Source: Promethearchaeota archaeon
GTDB lineage: Archaea > Asgardarchaeota > Lokiarchaeia > Sigyniarchaeales > SOKP01
Assembly: GCA_019058015.1 (NCBI GenBank)
Contig: JAHLWH010000047.1
Location: 1 to 23,928 of the forward strand
Direction of reading: 5' to 3'
Length of the DNA stretch: 23,928 nucleotides
Program-made: the position numbers and the translations under genes
In this document: positions 7,789-16,362 of the stretch, in pieces
Layout: the number at the start of each line of letters is the position of its first letter
Position numbering within the stretch: position 1 is the first letter of the stretch
The notes under the pieces: generated by a model
The model's input: only the letters and a program-made list of their open reading frames with translations
The model's database searches: none
Told to the model about the DNA's origin: nothing

Positions 7789-8187
7789 TTAATTATTGAC
7801 CTTTTTTAATTCAACAAAATAATTCTGAAGTTGAATTTCTGAAAATTTCTTAAATTCAATGAACAAATCTAATAAAATTTCGCCCCATTGATTTAATTTA
7901 ACCCAACCACCCCCCCCATGACCTCCTTTTCCAATAGAGACTGCAGGTATTCCTGTTCTTTCCTCAATCCTCTTTAAAATACTCCAAGCATATTTATAAC
8001 TATAATGACAAATTTCTGATGCTTTTAATAAAGATTTTCCTTTGTTTTCTTTAATAGTCTGTAGTAATTTTGACCAGCCATCCCCCAAAATATTTTGATT
8101 ATTATATTTAAACCAGATTTTAAACTCAAAATTGAGTTTTTCAATACGATCTATGATTTCTTTAGAATATTTTTTTTTAATTGCCAT
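7789..8187 (-). CDS. ModE-family (N-terminal domain only) winged-helix transcriptional regulator
   Basis: LGDG..KLL.TI......SL.KA.....SYKYAW..LKRIE...G..AV...KGGHGGGG..L pattern typical of the ModE HTH domain. No molybdate-binding Mop/TOBE domain. Confidence 0.85.
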   Translation of the reverse strand: MAIKKKYSKEIIDRIEKLNFEFKIWFKYNNQNILGDGWSKLLQTIKENKGKSLLKASEICHYSYKYAWSILKRIEERTGIPAVSIGKGGHGGGGWVKLNQWGEILLDLFIEFKKFSEIQLQNYFVELKKVNN

Positions 8188-8238
8188 TTACAATCACTAA
8201 ATATTTAATTTATTTTATTTTCGAGTCAAAATAAATAA

Positions 8239-8988
8239 TCAAAAAAAGTAATTCGCCGTACTTTCAATTATTCTTAAAGCTAATTCGATTTCTTTATTTC
8301 CATTAGCACTGTAATTCATATGCCCCGGCAATAAATATTTTACATCTAATTGGCTTAAAAATCTAATCGAATTTTTCAATTTTTCTAAAGATCCTCCAGG
8401 AAAATCAAATCTTCCAAATGCACCACCCGAAAATACTACATCTCCACTTATTAAAATTTTATTTTCTTGTTCATATAAACATATAGATCCTTCACTATGT
8501 CCAGGAGTATGTATGATCCGAAATTTATAATCTGCACAAGATATTTCTTGATTATTTGTAAGTTCATTAACATCTATTGGAATTATCTTAACTTTAAAAG
8601 TTTGTGGTCCTATTCCTAAATTTCCCGGAAATATTGCTGAAATATCTGCATTTTTAATAGTTCTTGCTGCATGTCCAAAAGCATAAATTTTAGGAAGGGT
8701 ACTTTTCATTTTTAATAATAATGGATAGATACCTAATAAATGATCAACGTGAATATGTGTTAGAATCACTTGTTTAATGTTTTTATATGATAGATTTAAT
8801 TTTTCCATCTCTTCTATTAAACTTTTAAATGAAATACCGTTTCCAGCATCTATTAACGTTAAATCTGTTTTATCTTTATTAGAAATAATATAATTATTGG
8901 CATCCAATGTAGGCGTTTCTTTGAAATAATAAACGTTATCTATTATTTTATACCCTTTCTTTGAATATATATTTCCAATATTAAACAT
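8239..8988 (-). CDS. MBL-fold metallo-hydrolase (glyoxalase II-like)
   Basis: LIDAG, THIHVDH (HxHxDH), HTPGHSEGS, ISGD, GRFDFPGGS and LPGH motifs. Confidence 0.92.
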   Translation of the reverse strand: MFNIGNIYSKKGYKIIDNVYYFKETPTLDANNYIISNKDKTDLTLIDAGNGISFKSLIEEMEKLNLSYKNIKQVILTHIHVDHLLGIYPLLLKMKSTLPKIYAFGHAARTIKNADISAIFPGNLGIGPQTFKVKIIPIDVNELTNNQEISCADYKFRIIHTPGHSEGSICLYEQENKILISGDVVFSGGAFGRFDFPGGSLEKLKNSIRFLSQLDVKYLLPGHMNYSANGNKEIELALRIIESTANYFF

Positions 8989-9253
8989 CTTTAATCAGTA
9001 AGAAAACAAATTCTATCTAATATTTAATATTGACTTAATTTGAATAACCAATTAAAATTTTTTATTCTATAATTTAAGATTAAATACAAAATACCCAATT
9101 AATCTAAAATTGATAAGAAATTTTAACCTAATCCAATGAATATGTTAAGGTTATTCAACTATGATTAATAAAAATAAATATAAATTAATTTGATTTATTA
9201 CTAAATAAAATCTACATAAAATTAATAATATAAAAATTAAGTGATGAATAACT

Positions 9254-9955
9254 ATGGCAGAAGAACAAGTCAGTGAAATATATTTAAGGACTTATCCCAA
9301 GGTAATTTTTTTATGGCCCACTCTATTATCCTCTTTTACGTTATGGATCATTACAATGATCCTTAAAGTCATGGGAGGGACAATTTTTGCTGATTCTCAA
9401 TCTTTTTTCTCATGGTTCTGGTTAATCATTTTTGCATTCAATATATTTGTAATGGCTTTTGATTTTCAGAGTACGAAATTTTTCCTATTATTAGCGGCGA
9501 TTGTAGTTATAATATTGATAGTTTTTATTTTGTGGCAAACAGGAGTATTCGGAGGAGTTAGTCTTGGTGGTATTCCAGAATTTAATATTGGACTTACAGA
9601 CAATTTTTATTTGGCAACTACAATAATTTTATTCGGAATCTTGGGAATTGTATGGTTATCAAGAAGAATAGATTATTATAAAATTGAAAGAAATGAAATA
9701 TACCACAGAAATGGATTTTTAGGTAAGGCAGAGAGGATTCCAACTTCGAATTTAACTTTTGAAAAGACAATTCCTGATGTTTTTGAATATTTATTACTGA
9801 GAACCGGTTCTTTAACCTTACACCCACATAGAGGTAAAACAATTCATTTAACTACGGTTCCCGGTATAAACAAACTTGAGGAAAAATTGGATCAATTATT
9901 ATCAAGAATTACTGTAGAAGTAGATGATATTCATAAACCAGAAGAACAAGAATAA
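9254..9955 (+). CDS. Membrane protein, four TM helices plus a C-terminal bacterial PH-like (bPH_2) domain
   Basis: Four hydrophobic segments in aa ~17-135, then Y.I...EI....GFLG....IP.........FEYLL..TGSLTL, a bPH_2-like pattern. PH assignment is tentative. Confidence 0.6.
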   Translation: MAEEQVSEIYLRTYPKVIFLWPTLLSSFTLWIITMILKVMGGTIFADSQSFFSWFWLIIFAFNIFVMAFDFQSTKFFLLLAAIVVIILIVFILWQTGVFGGVSLGGIPEFNIGLTDNFYLATTIILFGILGIVWLSRRIDYYKIERNEIYHRNGFLGKAERIPTSNLTFEKTIPDVFEYLLLRTGSLTLHPHRGKTIHLTTVPGINKLEEKLDQLLSRITVEVDDIHKPEEQE

Positions 9956-9976
9956 AACTTTATAAATGTATTCATA

Positions 9977-9997
9977 TTTTTTTTTTATTTTTTTTTT
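9977..9997 (+). terminator. Archaeal-type oligo-T terminator
   Basis: T10-A-T10 tract 22 nt after the 9955 stop, between convergent genes. Confidence 0.55.
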
Positions 9998-10086
9998 CCA
10001 ATTAATAATTTCTTTTCATTTAATTTGAAAATGCCCCAATTTAAAATCTACTTAATGATTAATATTTGTTTATTTCATTTTCTTTT

Positions 10087-11013
10087 TTAAGTAATCCTTA
10101 TTTTTATACCTAAAGATATTCCTTCAACAATACCCTTTATAATTTTAAAAAAACCTCTTAAATTTTTCTCATAACTTATTCTATTTTTAAAAAATGATGT
10201 GGGAATAATAAAAATTGAAATCAATAAATGATAAAGTATTAAAATTAAATGTAAATGCTTGAAAATGAAAAGAAATTTATTTTTAAAGTAGTTATATTTT
10301 ACAAATTTTGAAAGCTTTTCTTTATTCTCATCAGTTTTGTGATATAATACAATTTTTGGAAAATAAACTAATTTTATTCCCAATTGTTTTACCCGATAAC
10401 TAAAATCAATGTCTTCATTATACATAAAATAATTTTTATCAAATAGTTTAACTTTTCTAAAAACGTCCCTCCAAACAAACATACAACACCCCGAAATAAA
10501 ATCTACTTCCATAATTTTATTTATTTTTTTATTTCCTGGGTCAAGTAAACCTCTGCCTATTCTATTTGCTCCACTAAAATGGTAAAATTTAAAATATCCG
10601 CCCGTAAAATAAATTTTTTCTTTATTGGGATGATAGTAAATTTTTGGTCCCATAATTTTATAATTCAAATTTGAATTTAAGAAATGAATAGACTTCATTA
10701 AAAAAAATTTGTGAATGATTATATCTGAATTTAATATCAAAATAATTTTCCCTGAACTTCTTTTTACACCATAATTTATCCCACCAGAATAGCCATTATT
10801 TATTCCCTGATAAAAAACCTTTAAATTATATTGTTTCAGTTTTTGAAATTTGTTAATAAAAGAATTTAATGATTTATGATCATTTTCATTGGAATCATTA
10901 TCTACAACAATAACCTCAAAATCCTTAAAAGTTTGATTAATTAATTGCTTTAAGCAGTCTATAGTATCGCTTGAATTATTATAATTCACCAGAATAATTG
11001 AAAGTAGGGTCAT
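10087..11013 (-). CDS. Glycosyltransferase family 2 (WbbL/RfbF-like)
   Basis: LSIILVNYN, VIVVDNDS, NNGYSGGINYG, LILNSD, ISGCCMF, FDKNYFMYNEDIDFSYR and LYHK. Confidence 0.93.
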   Translation of the reverse strand: MTLLSIILVNYNNSSDTIDCLKQLINQTFKDFEVIVVDNDSNENDHKSLNSFINKFQKLKQYNLKVFYQGINNGYSGGINYGVKRSSGKIILILNSDIIIHKFFLMKSIHFLNSNLNYKIMGPKIYYHPNKEKIYFTGGYFKFYHFSGANRIGRGLLDPGNKKINKIMEVDFISGCCMFVWRDVFRKVKLFDKNYFMYNEDIDFSYRVKQLGIKLVYFPKIVLYHKTDENKEKLSKFVKYNYFKNKFLFIFKHLHLILILYHLLISIFIIPTSFFKNRISYEKNLRGFFKIIKGIVEGISLGIKIRIT

Positions 11014-11247
11014 TTTTATTATTTATTAAATATTTTCATTTAAACAAATAAATAAACCAAATAGAATCTATAAAATTAATATAAATCAATATTTTAATTT
11101 TTGTAAATTCAATTTGACTATTTATGTAAAATTTTTCTTGCTATCATTATAATATGTATCATAAATTTTAAGAAGAAGTTAAATATTAGATATATAGTTT
11201 TTATAAAATGAATTTAATTGATATATGAGATTTTTTGGTTTTTATAA

Positions 11248-12045
11248 TTGAGAAATAAATTTACATTATTCAAAATAATTAAAAAAATCTACATGATATC
11301 TAAATTGATTAATAGATTGGGTGTAAAAAGATCTTTTCATTATCTTCTATATAAAGTGATTAAATTAAATCATAATAAAATAATTCATACGAAATTTGGG
11401 GTTAAAATCCCCTTTATTGATAATAAAATTTTTCTTTATTATAATGGATATGCTGAATGTAACATTATTAAATACATTCAAAATTCCCATAATTTGAATA
11501 CTTTTATAAATATTGGTTCTGGCTATGGTGAATATTTATTTTTCTCATTTATAAACCCAAATATTCGTTATATTTACGGTTTTGAACCTGTTCCTTTTCT
11601 TTATAAAATAATTAAGAAAATTTTAAGATTAAATCCCTTATTTACTAAAAAAATACATATAAGCAATTGTGCTTTAGGTGATTTTACTGGATCTACGAAA
11701 ATATATATAAATAAAAATGCACTATTTGATAGTAGTTTAACTCCTTCAAATTCAAACACTGTCCATAATATTAATATTAAACGATTGGATGATCTTGCTC
11801 TAAAAATTCAACCACCTATTCTTCTTCTAATAGACGTAGAAGGATATGAACTTCAAGTTATTAAAGGAGCTCAAAAATTCATTGAAAAATATAAACCTTT
11901 AATGATTATTGAGGTCTGGGATAAAAATATACAAAAATATCATAATTTTATATCCAAAATGAACTATAAATATGAAATGATATGGAGAGAAAAATATTCT
12001 GATACTGAATCTTGGCATTTACGTCCCAATATTAATCATTCTTAG
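11248..12045 (+). CDS. FkbM-family SAM-dependent methyltransferase
   Basis: FINIGSGYGEY (motif I), YGFEPVP, ALGD, RLDD, LIDVEGYELQVIKGA and PLMIIEV. Start may be the ATG at 11293. Confidence 0.88.
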   Translation: MRNKFTLFKIIKKIYMISKLINRLGVKRSFHYLLYKVIKLNHNKIIHTKFGVKIPFIDNKIFLYYNGYAECNIIKYIQNSHNLNTFINIGSGYGEYLFFSFINPNIRYIYGFEPVPFLYKIIKKILRLNPLFTKKIHISNCALGDFTGSTKIYINKNALFDSSLTPSNSNTVHNINIKRLDDLALKIQPPILLLIDVEGYELQVIKGAQKFIEKYKPLMIIEVWDKNIQKYHNFISKMNYKYEMIWREKYSDTESWHLRPNINHS

Positions 12046-12132
12046 ATTAATATTTTTAATCTAGTACAGATAAAATATAATAAATAAGCAACAAATATTG
12101 ATATCTTTCTTAAATTTAAAAAAAATCTAAAT

Positions 12133-13341
12133 ATGCCCTTTACTAAAATCAGTGAAATTGCAACAAAAATTTTTAATTTTGATATTTCTAATATTAAAAT
12201 TTTTACCTTAAAAGTCCTAAAACTTATATCAATCTTAATAAGACGTAAAATTGACGAAAATTTATTGATTTTTGGCGGGAATCTTGGTAAAGCATTTTTA
12301 GGTAATACAAAATATCTTTTTCTATATTTTAATAAATATTCTAATTATAAATGTCTCTGGATCTCAAGATCTAAAGAAATTGTAAAACATCTTCAAGAAC
12401 AAGGTTTTAATTCTCTCTATGCATTTTCACTCAGAACATTTTTTAAATTACGCTCCGCTCGCTGCATTTTTATTACTCATGGTGAGGGTGATATATTACC
12501 TATAGAATTTTCTCCTCAAACTCAAATAATACTTACTTGGCATGGAAATCCAATGAAGAAAATTGGTTTTGATGCTCCAAGATTCCTTGGTAATCGATAT
12601 AATTATATAGTATTAAAAAAACTCGTAAAAGATTTAACCTATTTATTGTCTCCATCAGAAGAAATCAAAAAAAATTTCAAATCGGCATTTAAAATACCTC
12701 AAAAAAAAATTAAAATAACAGGTTTACCTCAAAATGATTTTCTTTTTAATAAAAAGAAAGGAGAAATAAAAAAATTAAAACAAAAATTTAGAGTTCCAGA
12801 AGGGATTAAAAATATCATAATGTATGCTCCAACTTTCCGAGAAGACTTTCTTGGTAAAATACCTTTTTCAAAAGAAGAATTACTAGAATTAGAAAACTTT
12901 TTGGAAGAATCTAATTCAATCTTAATTTATAAAGCTCATATTTTTATTGAAGCTTTTGACTTAAAAGATTTTAAAAGAATGATTATACCAGATAAATATT
13001 CTGATACACAAGAGTTATTGTTAATAACAGATATATTAATCTCTGATTATTCTTCTATTATGCACGATTTTTCAATTCTTCAAAAACCCATTATTGTTTT
13101 TGCCTATGATTTAGAATTATATCAGAAGCAACGGGGGATGTATTATAAAGACTATGAGAAAATTGCCCCCGGCCCAATTGCTAAAAATGGTCGAGAATTG
13201 ATTTACTATTTAAAAAATATTGCCGAATGGGCACACAAATATGAATCTAAAAGAAATAAAATCAGAGATCTTTTTAATAAATATATCGATGATAAATCAT
13301 GTGAGCGCGTTGCCAAGTTATTGAATCTAAGAATAAAGTAA
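12133..13341 (+). CDS. CDP-glycerol glycerophosphotransferase family protein (TagB/TagF-like)
   Basis: GNTKYLF, LTWHGNPMKKIGFD, TGLPQND, MYAPTFR, KAH, DILISDYSSI.HDF..LQKPII, YDLE.Y...RG.Y and PGP. Confidence 0.9.
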   Translation: MPFTKISEIATKIFNFDISNIKIFTLKVLKLISILIRRKIDENLLIFGGNLGKAFLGNTKYLFLYFNKYSNYKCLWISRSKEIVKHLQEQGFNSLYAFSLRTFFKLRSARCIFITHGEGDILPIEFSPQTQIILTWHGNPMKKIGFDAPRFLGNRYNYIVLKKLVKDLTYLLSPSEEIKKNFKSAFKIPQKKIKITGLPQNDFLFNKKKGEIKKLKQKFRVPEGIKNIIMYAPTFREDFLGKIPFSKEELLELENFLEESNSILIYKAHIFIEAFDLKDFKRMIIPDKYSDTQELLLITDILISDYSSIMHDFSILQKPIIVFAYDLELYQKQRGMYYKDYEKIAPGPIAKNGRELIYYLKNIAEWAHKYESKRNKIRDLFNKYIDDKSCERVAKLLNLRIK

Positions 13342-13377
13342 TTAATAAAATTAAATAGAAATTGAATTTAGTGATGA

Positions 13378-14100
13378 TTACGGAAATCTACCATTTTTCA
13401 TAAGATTTCGAATTAAATTTAAATCTTTAAAATCATCAATTTCCATACAATTTTTTTCATTAAAATATAATGGTTTCAAAATCACTTGTTTTAAAATTTC
13501 ATTTAAAGCATCTTCAGCATAAACATTTAATCTATTAGCCAGTACAAATTTTTCAATTTGGTTTAACCATTTTTTAAAAAAAGTTATTGTTAATTTATAT
13601 AATGGCGCTAAAAAGGCTGAATTAGGACCGAAAATATTAACACCAATTTTTAGAACTCTATCAGAAGCAATATATGCCTTAAAATCTTTTTTAGGACGAA
13701 GTTTTTTATTTATTAAAACACAATTCGACAATTTTGATTTTATAATTTTTTTTAATAATAGATTTGAAAACATCAAATCTCCGTGAATTAATATTATATC
13801 ATCGTCAATTACATCTTTAGTAAGATACATCGAATAGATGTAATTTGTTTTTTCATATTTTGGATTATAAACATATTGAACGTTTAACGAACTGTAATTT
13901 TTTCTAATATACGCCTTTATTTTATCTTCAAATGCTCCTGTAAGAATAATCAGATCATTTAATTTACATTCTATAACATTTTTAAGTTGATAATCAAGAA
14001 TTGTCAAATTTTTAGATATTTCAATGAGACATTTTGGTATCTTATTTGTTATCGGTTGTAATCGCTTACCAATACCTGCGTTTAAAATTATTACCTTCAT
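13378..14100 (-). CDS. Phosphocholine/phosphonate cytidylyltransferase (LicC/PntC-like NTP transferase)
   Basis: IILNAGIGKRL.P.T..IPKCL, YNPKYEKTNYIYSM, HGDL and EIDDFKDL. ATGA overlap with the upstream reductase stop. Confidence 0.85.
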   Translation of the reverse strand: MKVIILNAGIGKRLQPITNKIPKCLIEISKNLTILDYQLKNVIECKLNDLIILTGAFEDKIKAYIRKNYSSLNVQYVYNPKYEKTNYIYSMYLTKDVIDDDIILIHGDLMFSNLLLKKIIKSKLSNCVLINKKLRPKKDFKAYIASDRVLKIGVNIFGPNSAFLAPLYKLTITFFKKWLNQIEKFVLANRLNVYAEDALNEILKQVILKPLYFNEKNCMEIDDFKDLNLIRNLMKNGRFP

Positions 14101-15233
14101 TTAATTTCTTCTAAAATATTCCTCAAATTATATTCTGTTAGTTTTCTTGGATTGTTTTTTACACGTTCAGGATTGAATCCATTTTTAATAATTAATTCTA
14201 TATCATTTTGTGTCTTAATTCCTAATTTATTTAACTTAATTTCTAATCCAATTTTTAGCATTATCTGTTCAATTTTTTGTTTTGCTTCCAAAAAAGTAGA
14301 TACTCCAATAATTGTTTTTAATTTTTTCATTGTTTTTTTGACATAATCTAATCCTCGAGGGTCTAAAATGTCAATTTCATTTACTTTTGAATTATAGATA
14401 AACATGCTTGGTAGCGTTAATGCAACTGCATGACCATGTGAAACATTAAAATATGAAGTAATGGGATATGATATTGCATGACAAGCTGTAGTTTTAGAAA
14501 TATTTATTGCCTTACCTGCATAATGTGCTGCTATTGACATATTTCTTCTTGATTCTTTATTTAGATCATTAACCGCCTTAACTAGATTATTCACAACTAA
14601 TTTTATCGCCTTTTCTGCATATTTTTTTGATTCTTTGGTAGAATTTATATTCCAATATGATTCAATCGCTTGAGATAAAGCATCCATACCTGTTGATGCA
14701 GTTATTTTTGGGGGCAAACTATAAGTAAATTGTGGATCAACAATACTATAATCTGGAAGCATAAAGGTGGTATGCCCTAAAGAATATTTTATTTTATTTA
14801 TATATATAACTGCGAAATGAGTTGCTTGACTTCCAGAACCAGCAGTAGTTGGAATACAAATTAGTGGAGTTCCATTTTTTTCAATGTTGATTTCTTTTTT
14901 AATAAATTTTTCAATCATTCCATTATTAGTAGAAAAAATTGCAATACTTTTTGCAATATCTATTACAGAACCTCCACCAACTGCTATAATTATATTATAC
15001 TTACCCTTTTTAAAAAGTTCTAATCCTTTTTTTATATCTTCAATCTTGGGATTGGGTGAAAAATCAAAAAATCGCGTGATATTGCAATCTTTCAGAAGAT
15101 TCAATATTATTTTTTTTGCCTTAGATATTTCAAACGATTTTTTACCCGTTACAAGAAATATATTCTTAAAAGAATATTTTTTAATTATTGTTTGTAAATT
15201 TTTAATAGAATTTTTCCCAATATATTCAATCAT
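14097..15233 (-). CDS. Phosphonoacetaldehyde reductase (iron-containing alcohol dehydrogenase family; makes 2-hydroxyethylphosphonate)
   Basis: FSPNP, AVGGGSVIDIAK, IPTTAGSGSQATHFAV, DALSQAIESYW and KTTACHAISYPITSYFNVSHGHAVALT. Directly follows ppd (8-bp overlap). Confidence 0.88.
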   Translation of the reverse strand: MIEYIGKNSIKNLQTIIKKYSFKNIFLVTGKKSFEISKAKKIILNLLKDCNITRFFDFSPNPKIEDIKKGLELFKKGKYNIIIAVGGGSVIDIAKSIAIFSTNNGMIEKFIKKEINIEKNGTPLICIPTTAGSGSQATHFAVIYINKIKYSLGHTTFMLPDYSIVDPQFTYSLPPKITASTGMDALSQAIESYWNINSTKESKKYAEKAIKLVVNNLVKAVNDLNKESRRNMSIAAHYAGKAINISKTTACHAISYPITSYFNVSHGHAVALTLPSMFIYNSKVNEIDILDPRGLDYVKKTMKKLKTIIGVSTFLEAKQKIEQIMLKIGLEIKLNKLGIKTQNDIELIIKNGFNPERVKNNPRKLTEYNLRNILEEIK

Positions 15234-16362
15234 TATCTTCTAAATATCTGATAAAACTATTTTTAAGTTTGATAAAAGATGTTTTTGGTCTTCCCAAATC
15301 TTTTCGAGACCCTTGTTTTACTTTAATAACTAGCATTGAAGGACCATCTACTTTTTTAACTTTATTCAATTCAGATATTAATTGACTTTTTGATTTTATT
15401 AAAGCAGAATATTTATAATTACAATTTAAAGCAATTTCTTTAAAATTTAAGGATTTGGAAACTGTTGGTTGACCTCCTGTTGAATCATGGGATTCATTAT
15501 CAAAAACAATATGAATTAAATTAGGTGGTGATTTATGTCCAATCGTTGCTAACGCTCCCATCTGCATAATAAGAGCCCCATCACCATCTATAACAATCAC
15601 TCTTCGACCTTTTTTTTGAAGTGCAATACCAAGTCCAATCGATGCTGCACAACCCATAGATCCAACCATATAAAAATCCTTTCTGTGAACTTCATTATGG
15701 TTATCTCTATATTCATAAAGTTCTCTTGAAGTTTTACCTGTTGTACTAATAATTATTTCATTTTGATCGAATTTATCAATAATTAATTTTAAAGCCATTT
15801 CTCTTGTCATTTCATAATTTAATAATAAATTTTCCTTCGATTTTTTATTATTAATAATCCCTTTTTTAATTATTAGTGCATAAGGAGCTTTATTTGTTTC
15901 CAAGTAATTTTTTGCTTTTTTTATTTCTCTCTCAATACCTCCAATATCAAAAGGCAAAATTACATAAGGAATTTCTAAATCTTTTAATAATAAATTCATA
16001 ATTCTTCCCATCTTTTTATGTTGGGGTTCGTCTAACTTTCCAGGCTCTCCTCTCCATCCAATCATTAATAAAACAGGAATTGAATAGAGTTCAGGGTTAC
16101 AAAGCGATGTCAATGGATTTATTGTTTTTCCAAAACCAGCATTTTGCATATAAGCAACCCCAATTTTACCACTTGCTAAATAATATCCTACACATATTGC
16201 AATAGATTCACATTCATTACAAGCGATAATATTTGTTAATAATTTTTCATCATGTTCTGCTAAAAAAAGCATCCAATCTGCAAATGTAGAATCTGGAATC
16301 CCCGTAAAGAAAGTCAATTCGTATTTTTTAAAGATATTATATAATTCAAAAGAAGTAATCAT
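15226..16362 (-). CDS. aepY: Phosphonopyruvate decarboxylase (ThDP-dependent)
   Basis: FFTGIPDS, YMQNAG, NPLTSL, IGWRGEPG..DEPQH, STTGKTSREL, VGSMG, DGDGA.IM.MG, NESHDSTGGQPT and LGRP. ATGA overlap with the pepM stop. Confidence 0.94.
   Translation of the reverse strand: MITSFELYNIFKKYELTFFTGIPDSTFADWMLFLAEHDEKLLTNIIACNECESIAICVGYYLASGKIGVAYMQNAGFGKTINPLTSLCNPELYSIPVLLMIGWRGEPGKLDEPQHKKMGRIMNLLLKDLEIPYVILPFDIGGIEREIKKAKNYLETNKAPYALIIKKGIINNKKSKENLLLNYEMTREMALKLIIDKFDQNEIIISTTGKTSRELYEYRDNHNEVHRKDFYMVGSMGCAASIGLGIALQKKGRRVIVIDGDGALIMQMGALATIGHKSPPNLIHIVFDNESHDSTGGQPTVSKSLNFKEIALNCNYKYSALIKSKSQLISELNKVKKVDGPSMLVIKVKQGSRKDLGRPKTSFIKLKNSFIRYLEDND

Noticed and set aside
6000-7790. tnpB as a Cas12/CRISPR effector
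   Set aside because: No repeat-spacer array or cas genes in the window.
5459-9842. Short ORFs 5459-5683 (+), 7475-7684 (-) and 9618-9842 (-)
   Set aside because: Each lies wholly antisense within a well-supported gene; no independent evidence.
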